DNA of 64,000 nucleotides from Octopus vulgaris (GCA_951406725.2 OX597814.1:28582001-28646000); one strand, 5' to 3'. Counted from the first letter of the stretch, positions 36,819 through 50,343 are shown. The notes: generated from the sequence alone by a model not told the origin. Made by a program: numbers and translations.

Positions 36819-37270
36819 ATTATATAAAAGGGCTTAGTAAAATAAATTACTTTGCCGCATACTGAACTAGCAGCTAAAAAACTTTTTTAAAACTATTTCT
36901 AATACTTAAAGAAAACCTCTCTCAAATAGTGTTTGCTCAACTCAACTCACGGAAGTTTGGGGGGTAAAGACATTAAAAAATCAAATGCAAAGGTTATTTG
37001 TTTTTTTTAATGTCTTTACCCCCAAACTTCCGTGAGTTGAGTTGAGCAAACACTATTTGAGAGAGGTTTTCTTTAAGTATTAGAAATAGTTTTAAAAAAG
37101 TTTTTTAGCTGCTATTTCTAATGAGTTCAGTATGCGGCAAAGTAATTTATTTTACTAAGCCCTTTTATATAATGTAATAATTTGAATTCGCCTTAAATGG
37201 TCCCTTTGCATACTGAACACTTGGTGAAATTGATTAATAATTAATTAATTTTACCCTCAATTGTTGAAAT
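36819..37270. mobile_element. Fold-back element in (TA)n: about 165-175 bp inverted arms plus 97-bp unique tail (probable PLE terminus)
   Basis: Arms 36819-36986 and 36996-37173 differ mainly by a 9-10 nt indel and one homopolymer base; tail and arm are homologous to 12704-12880 in the opposite orientation. Confidence 0.85.
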
Positions 37271-37480
37271 ATATATATATATATATGTATGTATATTGAT
37301 ATAGATATATATAGGTAGATACGGATATTATGTACGTAATGTATATATATAAGCACACATTTATATACCCCTACATATATATATATATAAATGCGTACAT
37401 ACCTACACATATATGTATGGATATACATATAAATGTATGCATACATAGTACATACACCTATTCATACACACACACACATA

Positions 37481-37511
<31 letters not shown>

Positions 37512-37525
37512 TGTATATATATGTA

Positions 37526-37559
<34 letters not shown>

Positions 37560-37560
37560 C

Positions 37561-37615
<55 letters not shown>

Positions 37616-37635
37616 CATATATATATATACATATG

Positions 37636-37666
<31 letters not shown>

Positions 37667-37686
37667 GTATGTATATATATATATAC

Positions 37687-37740
<54 letters not shown>

Positions 37741-38006
37741 GTATGTATATATATATATACATACAATATATATACATATGTATATATATATATATATATA
37801 TATACGTATATACATATGTATATATATATACATAGATCCAACTCAACGCACCCACCCGCGCACACATATGCATGTACGTATGTGTGTGTGCATGTGTGTA
37901 TATATATATGTATACACACACACACACACATATATATATACACACTCACACACATACATATATACATATATACGTAAAAACATATATAAGCACACATTTA
38001 TACATA

Positions 38007-38052
<46 letters not shown>

Positions 38053-38059
38053 CATTTGT

Positions 38060-38125
<66 letters not shown>
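37270..38125. repeat. Long degenerate (TA)/(CA) microsatellite array
   Basis: Directly visible. Confidence 0.95.
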
Positions 38126-38128
<3 letters not shown>

Positions 38129-38334
38129 GCAGACTCATCTAGCGGTATGTAGTGTGAGAATTTGGGTTAGATTTAAGGGGCTAGGATTAAAGGTAGAATA
38201 TAGGCTATGAAAACACGTTTTTGTTTGTTTGTTTGACACCCCGCGTTCTTTTGGCATTTTCCAGGAATGTTCCCGCTTCTACCGTTAAGCATTTGCTGTT
38301 TAGGGGAAAAAGAAAGGATAGTAGTAGGGGAAGG

Positions 38335-38400
<66 letters not shown>

Positions 38401-38644
38401 GGGATATAAAGGCGGCAAGAAAAAAAAAAATGAAAGAAAACTTTATTAATTTTACCTTCGTATTTTTTTTTTTGTTATGTATTATTTATATCTCAAAATA
38501 ATAAAATGTGGAATAATGATAATGGAATACCGATGGTGGTGGTGGTGGCGGTGGTGGTACTGGTGGTGGCCGCTGTAGTAGATAGTACTGGAAGCGATGG
38601 TCGTGTTGGCAGTGACGGCGGCGGTTGTAGTAGTGGTGGCAAGC

Positions 38645-38878
38645 TGGTGGCGAGTTGGCAGAAACGTTAGCACGCCGGGCAAAATGCTTAGCAGTATTTC
38701 GCCTGCCGTTACGTTCTGAGTTCAAATTCCGCCGGGGTCGACTTTGCCTTTCATCCTTTCGGGGTCGATAAATTAAGTACCAGTTACGCACTGGGGTCGA
38801 TGTAATCGACTTAATCCGTTTGTCTGTCCTTGTTTGTCCTCTCTGTGTTTAGCCCCTTGTGGGTAGTAAAGAAATAGG
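38645..38878 (+). mobile_element. SINE family C monomer
   Basis: Consensus match. Confidence 0.92.
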
Positions 38879-39151
38879 TTGTTGTAGTGGTGGTGGTGGA
38901 GATGATGATGATGACGATGACGACGACAACGATGACGACGAGGATGATAATGATGATGATGATGACGATAAGAATAATGGATAACAGCCCCCCAACAACT
39001 ACAATATTACACCATCAACGCTATTGTCACTCCCACGTGACCGTCTACGTGGTCGATCTACCTGCTAGATGTCGTTACTAAATTCCCTCCTGTTTTAGAA
39101 AAGGACACGTCGAGTATAAAGTCGACTGAAGTCATGACTGGGGTTACTTTG

Positions 39152-39675
39152 GGGCAGGATGGATATGTGGTTAAGAAAGGCGCTTTGCAGCCTTGCGATT
39201 ACGATGCACCCGCTTGGGCAAGTGTTTTCTACTGTAGCCCAAGGCCGACCAATTCATTGTAAGTGAATTTGGTACAGAGAAACTGTACTGAAGCCGTTAT
39301 ATGTGTATGTATGTGTCTTTGTGTCTGTGTATGTCCTGCTACCACCGCTTGACAACCAGTATTGGTTTGTTTACGTCCCCACAACTTATCGGTTCGGTAT
39401 GAGCCACTTTTGTACTATTATGCAGATTTAGAAATAACAACAACAACAACAACAAATAGCAACAATAACCCTTTCAGCTGTAGGCACAAAACATTGGCTC
39501 AAGTGTACAACTGGTACTTAATTTTATTGACGCCGAAAGAATGAAAGACAAAGTCGACTTCGGCAGAATTTGAACTCAGAACGTAAAGTCGGAAGAAATG
39601 TCGCTAAGCACTTTTTCCGATACGCTAAAGACTCTGACAACTCGTCGCTTTAATAATAATAATAATAATAACAAC

Positions 39676-39712
<37 letters not shown>

Positions 39713-40055
39713 GAGAGTAAGTGACAGAGAAAGTGTGGGAGAAGAGAAAAAAAAAAGAGCTAAACAGGAAGTTATGGAGAAAGCTCTGATTCTGATATTC
39801 GAAATTTTTATTAATACATTTACCTATTTCTTTACTACCCACAAGGGCTAAACACAGAGAGGACAAACAAGGACAGACAAACGGATTAAGTCGATTATAT
39901 CGACCCCAGTGCGTAACTGGTACTTATTTAATCGACCCTGAAAAGATGAAAGGCAAAGTCAACCTCGGCGGAATTTGAACTCGGAACGTAACGGCAGACG
40001 AAATACCGCTAAGCATTTCGCCCGGCGTGCTAACGTTTCTGCCAGCTCGCCGCCT
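39152..40055. mobile_element. SINE cluster: diverged A (+, 39152-39400), old C (-, 39470-39650), young C (-, 39822-40055)
   Basis: Consensus blocks recognisable in each. Confidence 0.82.
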
Positions 40056-40809
40056 TAACACAACATTTACCGCAACAATGCCATTGCTTCCTTTGTGGGG
40101 GCACAAGGCCATAGCCTTCCCCGGACACATAACTGCGAGTGTGTGATATACATACATTCCTTCAAGAGATTAGTGATGTTTGTGAAGCGAAAGGATCTAA
40201 AGTAGAAGAGTTTTTATACCGCTGTACCACAGCAAAAATTTGAGCTTACCATATATAATAATAAGAAACCTATACCATAGAAATAGATAATAGAAAGTCT
40301 CGTCTGTCCTTTTTAGCTACCGGTAAGGCTTCTGCTGATAATGAAAAGGCAACCTTTCATGAAATGCGTTAATAAGCTGTCCACTCAAGATAGCAGCGGC
40401 CATAGTAGCCTACCTAATACTGTCCGCCGTTGAAATACTAGACTTACACAAATAAAACAGCAGGACAGGAGAGATCATTTCAACACTTGCTCACTCATCA
40501 AACAAATTTACTTGTGGCTAAGAAGTGTTATAACTATCTTTCTCTTCTTTCAAGCGGTTTATCACTTTTGTTGCTTCCGTTCTTTATTATATAGATCAAC
40601 GATTAATGGTGCAATATCTTTCTTTTTTCTTTTGTTGTTTTTTTTTTTTCGTTGGTTAATCTTACGGCTTAGTTATTTCAACAGCGAAATCACTTCTTTT
40701 TGTCATCTATTCACTTTTTGTGTTATCATTAAATACTTTTTGCTGTCTATATCACCATTTCCTTGGCATTCATTAGCCCCCCACTGTTCATTATTAGTTT
40801 ATTGCACTA

Positions 40810-41190
40810 CTAGCAGTATCGCCCGGCGTTGCTCGAGTTTGTAAGGGAAATAACTATAAAGCATTTTTAGAGAGTTATAGCCAAAAAATAGCAAAATAAT
40901 GGGAAAAAAATGATGGTAAATTTTTTTGAGTTAAAAAGGTCGAGTTGCGTCCCCTAGACAGTCTGTGGTTTGTGTTTCTGATTCTCGACCCCATGTCGAA
41001 TTTATCGATTTTTTTCAGAACTGGGAGAACTTTTCAAAATTTTCGCTGCGTTAGTTTTGAATTATGACATTGGGCTATGTGTGTGTCAAGTTTCATCAGA
41101 ATCGGTTGAAAGCCGTGGTCAGGGTGAGGGTACAACCTAACAGACACACAGACACGCAGACAGACAAACTGCCGTTTATATATAGAGAGA
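40810..41190 (-). mobile_element. Non-autonomous Helitron-like element, same 3' end as 19671/28995 but different 5' body
   Basis: Minus strand: A|TCTCTCTATATATAAA ... ctcgagcaacgccgggcgatactgCTAG|T. Confidence 0.85.
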
Positions 41191-41715
41191 TGTTATTAAT
41201 AGCTCATTTAGGAAGACCTGTGAATTGAAGGTGTCAGTAGACAGTTACAAAAAGGCTGTTTCGATTCCCAGTTTGGACGATATTGCTTCAAATGCACTTC
41301 TAAAATCATAAACATAATACAATCTCATTCTGCTTCTTTATAGAATTTTGGCCTTGCGTCTACGTAACAAAACAAGTAATTAAAGTATCTTAATATTTCG
41401 GAGGTAGGTGGGTGTAAGGAATAATTAATTAATCTCCACGAACCTATAACTAATGGCCGGTTAGCCCGTGACCATCATGCCTTTGTTGGTGACATTAAAA
41501 AACATTACTTCATCTAACATCACTTTTCAAAAGACACTAGGCTGGGATATGAAGATTCGGTTGCTAATCCTAGCAGGTCAAGCGAGCACATAGAGATTTC
41601 CTTGCTGGCTGAAGTCTTTTGAGATATAAGTGAAGGGTCCAATTGAAAATCAGAAATATAAATGATGAGCACATAAAACACTTAATGGTATTTAAGTAAT
41701 GAGAGAGAGGGGGTG

Positions 41716-41960
41716 GCGGCGCGTGGCTTAGTGGTTAGGGTGCCAGCATAATGATCATAAGATTGTGGTTTCGATTCCTGGACCGGGCGACGCGTTGTGT
41801 TCTTGAGAAAAACACTTCATTTCACATTGCTCCAGTCCACTCAGCTGGCAAAAATGAGTAACGCTGCGATGGACTGGCGTCCCGTCCAGCTGGGGAACAC
41901 ATACGCCATTGAAACCGGGAAACCGGGCCCATGAGTCTGGATAGGCTTTAAAAGGGAAGG
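41716..41960 (+). mobile_element. tRNA-derived SINE with alternative head and tail type 3 (V-SINE-like block)
   Basis: tggcttagtggttag..gtttcgattcc..tgtgttcttgag..ccactcagctggcaaaaatgagt..ctgcgatggactggcgtcccgtccag..gaaaccggg. Confidence 0.82.
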
Positions 41961-42423
41961 GAAATCATTCTGTGTTATTTCTTTTAAATAGCTTAGACAT
42001 TGATTGTAAGGCAGCATCGTGCCTCTTCTCAGGGTTTTCCATATTATTAGGAAGACAAAGAGAAAAGTTATTCTCAGATCAGATATTTAACCTCGATATT
42101 TATCTCCGACCCAAGAACTGGAATGTTCCTTCCACAGGCTAGAGTAGTGGTTTTCAATCTTTTGGACCTTCTAATGCACTGGAGATTAAGCAAAAATTTT
42201 ACTGGAACACTTCGTATGGAAAGTTAAAAAAAAAAAAACATGCTATGATATTAAAAAGACAGTAAAACAGAAAACTATCACCCACCTTGTTTTATTAATA
42301 ATTCTCCGTATAAAAGAAATTGAATTTGTTTTTTTAAAAGCTTTAAATTATATATTTAAAGTCCACGACGCACCTTGATAACCTATGTGGGGAATTGTTT
42401 GAGACCTATTTTAGATAATATAC

Positions 42424-42636
42424 GGCGGTGGGTTGGCAGAAACATTACAGCGCCGGACAAAATACTTAGCAGTATTTCTTCCGATTTTACGTTCTGGTTT
42501 CAAATGCCACCGGGGTCGAGTTTACCTTTCATCTTTCGGGGTCGATGAAATAAGTACCAGTTGAGCACCGGGGTCGATGTAACCCACTTAACACTTCCTA
42601 CGAAAGTGCCGGCCTTGTGCCAAAATTTGAAACCAT
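42424..42636 (+). mobile_element. Old SINE family C, alternative tail
   Basis: ggcggtgggttggcagaa..ggggtcgatgaaataagtaccag..ggccttgtgccaaaatttgaaac. Confidence 0.8.
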
Positions 42637-42701
42637 CATATTACATTATATAATCCTACATATCTATAAAAAGACAGAATGGTCGAACTGGAATTTGATC
42701 A

Positions 42702-43103
42702 TAGGCGCAGGAGTGGCTGTGTGGTAAGTAGCTTGTTTACCGACCACATGGTTCCGGGTTCAGTCCCACTGCGTGGCATCTTGGGCAAGTGTCTTCTACT
42801 ATAGCCTCGGGCCGACCAAAGCCTTGTGAGTGGATTTGGTAGACGGAAAACTGAAAGAAGCCTGTCGTATATATATATGTATGTGTTTGTGTGTCTGTGT
42901 TTGTCCCCCTAGCATTGCTTGACAACCGGTGCTGGTGTGTTTATGTCCCGTCACTTAGCGGTTCGGCAAAAGAGACCGATAGAATTAGTACTGGGCTTAC
43001 AAAAGAATAAGTCCCGGGGTCGAGTTGCTCGATTAAAGGCGGTGCTCCAGCATGGCCGCAGTCAAATGACTGAAACAAGTAAAAGAGTAAAAGAGTAAAA
43101 GAA
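42702..43103 (+). mobile_element. SINE family A, full length
   Basis: Consensus match. Confidence 0.95.
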
Positions 43104-43524
43104 TAGGTCTATCCTGCCAGGGCTGACCTGGAGACTAAACAATAAGATAATCTCTTCATGACATTGTATTCTCAGATCTTAAATTTTTCCTTTGAAGTTC
43201 CTTCTCGAATGTCTGCGTTTTAAGTGTAAATTTTTCATTTCAAATATCAGGAGAATTTTTCTCCATTTTTATTTTTAAAACCTGATTTAATCAACTTTTA
43301 ATTATAAAGCTGCCTTATTTCTTCTTGACCACTTTTTTATTGTTTGATCTCTGATGAAAAAAAAAAAAATGAAAAGATCACTGATGGAACGAATCAATGA
43401 GCGTGTCTAAACTTGGTCACTGGATGTACTAAAAACAACTACCAAATTTCCTCAAATTACACCTTACTTCCTTAGGAAAAAATGGAATGGCAAATTCGGT
43501 ATCGTATTATTTATAGTTATAAAA

Positions 43525-44250
43525 GCTGACTTCGGCAGAATTTGAGCTCTACGTCCGGAGTTCAGATTCTGCTAAGGTTAACTTTGCCATTCATCCTTTC
43601 GGGATCAATAAAATAAAGTATTAAAGTGGTGAGCTGGCAGAAACGTTAGCACGCTGGGCGAAATGCTTAGCGATATTTCGTATGCCGTAACGTTCTGAGT
43701 TCAAATTCCGCCGAAGTCGACTTTGCCTTTCATCCTTTTGGGGGTCGATAAATTGTTGTGTACCAGTTGCGTACTAGGGTCGATCTAATCGACTAGACTC
43801 CTTCCCCAAAATTTCGGGCTTTGTGCCTAGAGTAGAAAAGAATATTTAAGGCGGCGAGCTGGCAGAAACATTAGCACGCCGGCCGAAATGCCTAGCGGTA
43901 TTTCTTCTGCGTTACGTTCTGGGTTCAAATTCCGCCGAGGTCGACTTTGCCTTTCATCCTTTCGGGGTCGATTAAATAAGTACCAGTTACGCCCTGGGGT
44001 CGATATAATCGACTTAATCCGTTTAATCTGTCCTTGTTTGTCCCCTCTGTGTTAGCCCCTTGTGGGTAGTAAAGAAATATGTATTTAATCTGTTTCTATG
44101 TTCTGAGTTCAAATTCAGCCGAGGTCGACTTTGCCTTTCATCTTTTCGGGGTCGATAAATTATGTACCAGTTGCATACTGGGGTCGAGGTAATCGATTGG
44201 TCTCCTTCCCAATCATTTCGGGTCTTGTGCCTAGAGTAGAAAAGAATAAA
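43525..44250 (+). mobile_element. Nested/tandem stack of four SINE family C units with two tail types
   Basis: Units at about 43525-43620, 43624-43845, 43848-44078 and 44080-44250. Confidence 0.88.
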
Positions 44251-45375
44251 ATAAAGTGTCACTCAAGCACTGGAGTCTATGGTATTGACTAATCCCCTCT
44301 CAAAATTAGAAACAAGCATTTCTAGCTTTACAAAACGACATGATCATAGCTGAAAGATATTTGATCATCGGTCTTTTTCAGTCAAGGCTGTCCTGGCACT
44401 GAACAGCAGCAGTAATAGCTACAACATCAAAAACAACAATATTGAAAAAAAAAAGGCAATTAAAAGAATAGTTTTGAGTTAAACATTTGTAATTGAGTAG
44501 AAGCCACTGTTTGTAATCGCGAATAATGTTACCGAATGTTTATTATTCCCAAAATTAGTGGATCCAAAACACAGAATTAAAAAAAAAAAAAATTCTGCTT
44601 CATGTTAACATTCAGCTGTTGTTATCTAAAAAGACATCAGTCCAATAAGAAGCTTCCACGCTTATTTCCTAAGAAAATTTGCTTATTTAAACCGTAGCTA
44701 TATTAATTTCTGCAAGAAGATCAAAACATATGTTGATTTTGTTCATTCTATCCAAACACACCTCCCGCCAACAGAGAGCAACGTTACAATAGACAAACAC
44801 CGATTTATGTCGAGCTTCGGTACAGAACGGGCGATTTGGATTGAGCCTTCCCACCCCTCAAATCTTCTCAACAGCAGAAGAACAAAGGAAACGGCCGAAA
44901 GACTGAAATTACCAATGAATGTTTCCTTTGAAAGTTTCCTTCCAACTGAAAAGAACTTTGTTCATATATTTTATTTTTAAGCTTATGGAAAAATCTCGAG
45001 AGAATTAAGGAAACTTAAAGCCTAATCCAGACCAAATTTTTAAAAAATCATGTTGTTCAGCTCATGATTTACTCCTTGTCTCAATAATTCCTAACACTCA
45101 CATGAATCACTGAACTAAAGACATTTATTTTAAAATTTGTTTATTTTTGTGATCCTTTCATTATGATGATACAAAGGAGTTCTGCAGATTACGTTTTTCT
45201 ATAAGCACATATTCACATATTTGTCCATTTTACCTTTTGTTTTTTTAAAAACAGTAAACCTTTCATTCGGACGGAGCCTTAATTGGAATCTCGTAGTGTT
45301 AAATAGTTAAAAGGAAAATACTTCCTAATAGGACTCAATGGCAAAGAATTGATTGACTCGTTAGAATCCCAGTTT

Positions 45376-45757
45376 GTGGAGGCGCAATGGCCCAGTGGTT
45401 AGGGCAGCGGACTCGCGGTCGTAGGATCGCGGTTTCGATTCCCAGACCGGGCGTTGTGAGTGTTTATTGAGCGAAAACACCTAAAGCTCCACGAGGCTCC
45501 GGCAGGGGATGGTGGTGATCCCTGCTGTACTCTTTCACCACAACTTTCTCTCACTCTTACTTCCTGTTTCTGTTGTACCTGTATTTCAAAGGGCCGGCCT
45601 TGTCACTCTCTGTGTCACACTGAATATCCCCGAGAACTACGTTAAGGGTACACGTGTCTGTGGAGTATTCAGCCACTTGCACGTTAATTCCACGAGCAAG
45701 CTGTTCCGTTGATCGTATCAGCTGGGACCCTCATCGTCGTAACTGACGGAGTGCTCC
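45376..45757 (+). mobile_element. SINE family B, tail type 1, full length
   Basis: Matches 6127-6500. Confidence 0.94.
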
Positions 45758-46015
45758 TATATGTACGAGAAGAATTGCTAATCTCTTGTTTACACGTTTC
45801 TGAAGAAAGGGATACGATGAATGTTAACCTACGTCCTTCTCAAATTGAAACGTAGTGGATTTGAGTGAGAGAGATGGAGAGAAGGAAGAGTCGAGCTCAG
45901 TACTTTATCGCCTCTAGAAAGATTAATGACAAAACTAATTCTATCACTTTGGATGAGATTTGAACCCTGAATGCAGAGATCCAGAACAAATATGCATTGG
46001 AACTGGGATTCTGGA

Positions 46016-46307
46016 TGGAAGCACTCCGTCGGTTACGACGACGAGGGTTAACGTGTAAGTGGCTGAGTGAAATTAACGTGACAAGGCCGGCCCTTTGAAA
46101 TACAGGTACAACAGAAACAGGAAGTAAGAGTGAGTGAAAGTTGTGGTGAAAGAGTACAGCAGGGTTCACCCCCCCCCCTGCAGGAGCCTTGTGAAGTTTT
46201 AGGTGTTTTCGCTCAATAAACACTCACAATGCCCGGTCTGGGAATCGAAACCGCGATCCTATGACCGCGAGTCCGCTGCCCTAACCACTGGGCCATTGCG
46301 CCTCCAC
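46016..46307 (-). mobile_element. SINE family B, tail type 1, internally deleted
   Basis: Reverse complement of the B consensus lacking about 90 bp. Confidence 0.92.
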
Positions 46308-46986
46308 TCTTCTCGTACAAAACGATGCTAATGCAACAATCCATGCACTGTTCGATGTGCAATGCAGTAATGAACGGAAATAAAGTTAAAGAATAGGACA
46401 TCAAAGGCTACGTACATATCCTCTCCACACAGACCTACACAGACCTATTTATGGTGAAACAGTGGATCGTCTAGTCCTACGTTGAAAGGACTTCGCTCAG
46501 CCCTACCTTCTCAGAATCGCAGCACTCCGGAATCCTTTTTCTCTCCATGGTTTTCCTACCTGAGAACGTTAAGCTACAGATGTTGAAGTTGGACATTAAC
46601 TGCATTAACCTCACCAGTTTCGCACCAACAAGGGAGCCCCCAGAAATAGCAATCTTCTTGAAAAAATATAAAGTAATCCAAGAACCATCTAAAAAAGATG
46701 TGATAGACACGGCTTGAATATCTTTGATCGTAGATCAGGTCGATAAGAGTTGATCTGTGGTAAACACAACAACAGCAACAATAACTACAAGGCAATCTCA
46801 TCCTTTGAAAGGGTACAGAAAGATTATGAAGAGTGTCCCGTAACATTTCTTTAAAACTTTATTAACTGTTACTTTCCTAGAAAAAATACAAATATAGATT
46901 TTTGTACACCGTCCTGTGACAGTGTACAGGTTTCCGAACTCATCTTGCCGGCTTTAATAGAACATACATAAGGTAAAGTAGTCCTA

Positions 46987-47446
46987 TCTTATATATTAAA
47001 AGGCAAGTTGTCTATCTGGGTGTTTTGCGAACCACTTCTACTCCTACAATTTTCAACCGAATTTCACCAAATTTGACATGTGTGCTCTCTTTGACTTAGG
47101 ACACGTTTTTCCTCGAAATTCCGATCCCCAATATAGATAGACTACTCCTAATTCACCTAGGATTTGAACGCATCACGTCTATGCAACGGTACGCGTACAA
47201 TTTTCGGCGCTTATTTAGAAGCGCACCTCTCCAAGAAAATGACGCCTAATTTCTAAAAAAAAAATTATGAAAATGGGAATTATATCCAAAATAAATGAAG
47301 TATGCAAAAAATTAGGAAGCTTCATCTATTTTTAAATAATTTATACTAAAACATAAAACACGGAAGACGGACACAGGCAAATATAAACAAACACGTCGGA
47401 CGATACAAGGGGCGGTAACTTGTATCAGATATTATTAATGATACTA
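46987..47446 (+). mobile_element. Possible Helitron-like element
   Basis: a|tcttatatattaaaaggcaagttgtc..ctactcctaca.tttt.aaccgaatttcaccaaattt resembles the 28995 5' end; 3' end uncertain. Confidence 0.45.
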
Positions 47447-47513
47447 GGGGCCCGACAATAACGTTTGAAAATTCTTGATTGTTTTTAATCAAATTTTTTT
47501 ACTGCGCACACTG

Positions 47514-47572
<59 letters not shown>

Positions 47573-47591
47573 CAATAATAATAATGATAAT

Positions 47592-47813
47592 AAGGCGAGC
47601 TGGCAGAATCGTTAGCACGCCGGGTGAACCGCCTAGATGTATTTCGTCTGCCGTTACGTTCTGAGTTCAAATTCCGCCGAGGTCGATTTTACCTTTCATC
47701 CTTTCGGGGTCGATTAAATAAGTACCAGTTACGCACTGGGGTCGATGTAATCGACTTAATCCGCTTGTCTGTCCTTGTTTGTTCCTCTCTATGTTTAGCC
47801 CCCCAGTGGGCAA

Positions 47814-47892
<79 letters not shown>

Positions 47893-48315
47893 TTAATGTG
47901 GTAAGTAGCTTGCTAACCAACCACATGGTTCCGGGTTCAGTCCCACTGCGTGGCATCTTGGGCAAGTGTCTTCTGCTATAGCCTCGGGCCGACCAATGCC
48001 TTGTGAGTGGATTTGGTAGACAGAAACTGAAAGAAGCCTGTCGTATATATGTATATATATATGTGTGTGTGTGTGTGTGTATGTGTTTGTGTGTCTGTGT
48101 TTGTCCCCCTAGCATTGCGTGACAACCGATGCTGGTGTGTTTACGTCCCCCGTCACTTAGCGGTTCGGCAAAAAGAGACCGATAGAATAAGTACTGGGCT
48201 TACAAAAAGAATAAGTCCCGGGGTCGATTTGCTCGACTAAAAAAAGGCGGTGCTCCAGCATGGCCGCAGTCAAATGACTGAAACAAGTAAAAGAGTAAAA
48301 AAGAGAGAGTAAAGA
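47592..48315 (+). mobile_element. SINE family C (47592-47820) and SINE family A (47897-48315) in (AAT)n context
   Basis: Consensus matches. Confidence 0.92.
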
Positions 48316-49126
48316 GTAATAATGATAAATAAATAAATAAATAAATAAATAAAAATAAATAAATGAAAATGCGAAATCGCCATGGTTTTAATGCCTTTGA
48401 TCATAAGGACTCCTTGAACTGGATGGACTGCACAATAACTAAACATGCAAATGACAGAAACAACGCCAGATATGATGTTAATACTGCTCTCAAGCACGAG
48501 AACATTAAAGGCATAAGTAAATAAAAATGGCTTCTGTTGGGAAAAAATCGAAGCCGGACTTCAGGATGACATGTCTCGCCGGACGGCGGGAGCTTAACCT
48601 CTGTACGGTCAGAAACTCGTCAAAATGCGTTTATCCCTTATTATAGGTGATGTTCTACAGAAAGGATTAATATCTTTTTTTTCAGAAATAAAAGAACAAT
48701 AAAATACATATAATATTTTTAAAAAATGATTATAGAATATGCATCTGTTTGGTCAAAGGTTTCCTGACAAAACATTTGGTAGGGAGAGGGGTTAATTCCC
48801 CCCCACCCCACCCGCGCCCCGAAGATTATACTTTGTTTATATATATATTGTAGTAGACAAGATTACGAAATACTGTTTATCTTCTGGGCTTTGTTTGCGT
48901 TCGGCTTTTTCATCCTATACAATGTCAGGAAAACCTTCAACTAAATGCGATCTTTTAATGTGCATACATACATACTTATCCACCCAAACGAACTGATACA
49001 TACATACAGACACAATAAGTAGGTATTTCTATACGTACGTACATACATACATACATACATGCATGCATATATATTTGCATATAAACATACCTTTATATAT
49101 ATACGTGTGTATCTCTCTCTATCCAT

Positions 49127-49191
<65 letters not shown>

Positions 49192-49195
<4 letters not shown>

Positions 49196-49597
49196 CTGGC
49201 AGAAACGTTAGCGCGCCAGGCGAAATGCTTAACGGTATTTCGTCTGCCGTTACGTTGTGAGTTCAAATTCCGCCGAGGTCGACTTTGCCTTTCATCCTTT
49301 CGGGGTCGATAAATTAAGTACCAGTTACGCACTGGGGTCGATGTAATCGACTTAATACCTATGTCTGTCCTTGTTTGTCCCCTCTGTGTTTAGCCCCTTG
49401 TGGGTAATAAAGAAATAGATATTTCGTCTGCCATTACGTTCTGAGTTCAAATTCCGCCGAGGTCGACTTTGCCTTTCATCCTTTCGAGGTCAATAAATTA
49501 AGTACCAGTTATGCACTGGGGTCGATATAATCGACTTAATCCCTTTGTCTGTCCTTGTTTGTCCTATCTGTGTTTAGCCCTCTTGTGGGCAATAAAG

Positions 49598-49671
<74 letters not shown>

Positions 49672-49813
49672 TGTGATAAGCAGCTTGCTTACCAACCACA
49701 TGTTTCCGAGTTCAGTCCCACTGCATGCACCTTGGACAAGTGTTTTCTACTATAGCCTCGGACAGACCAATGCCTTTTGAGTGGATTTGGTAGACGGAAA
49801 CTGAAAGACGCCC
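49192..49813 (+). mobile_element. SINE family C dimer (49192-49600) followed by a family A 5' half (49670-49813)
   Basis: Consensus matches; dimer junction gaaatagatatttcgtc. Confidence 0.9.
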
Positions 49814-49846
49814 AATACCAAAACAATTAAAACCATCCACACTCGC

Positions 49847-50343
49847 CCAGTTTTCAAAAAAGGAAACAAATCCCTTGCCGTGAATTACCGTCCAATCTCA
49901 CTCACCTCTCATATCATTAAGGTATTTCAGAGAGTGGTGAGATCGCGAATGGCTCACTTCCTTGAGTGTCATAATATGCTTAACTCCAACCAGCATGGAT
50001 TCCGTAATGGAAGGAATTGCCTGGCGCAGCTACTGCATCATTTTGATGACATTTTGAGAGCCTTGGGAGAGGGTTCCAACACTGATGTTATCCACCTTGA
50101 TTTCAGCAAGGCCTTTGACAGGATTGATCATAAGATCTTTTTGAGAATGCTGTCCAGTATTGGTGTAACTGGAAATCTGCTGCAGTGGATCAGGCGCTTC
50201 CTGTGAAACATAACCCAACATGTTATAGTCGAAGGAGTAAAATCCAGCCCAGCCAAAGTCAGTAGTGGTGTCCCACATGGCACTGTGTTGGGCCCACTTC
50301 TCTTCATCAACTATATTTATGACATTACTGATATCATAAGCAA
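49847..50343 (+). pseudogene. CR1-group LINE reverse transcriptase internal fragment
   Basis: PVFKKGNK..NYRPISLTSHIIKVF..NQHGFRNGRNCL..LDFSKAFDRIDH..WIRRFL*..SGVPHGTVLGPLLF. Confidence 0.93.

Noticed and set aside
46507-46559. Possible 53-bp minus-strand exon (VGKPWREKGFRSAAILR)
   Set aside because: AG/GT boundaries exist but the pyrimidine tract and donor are weak and there is no recognisable homology.
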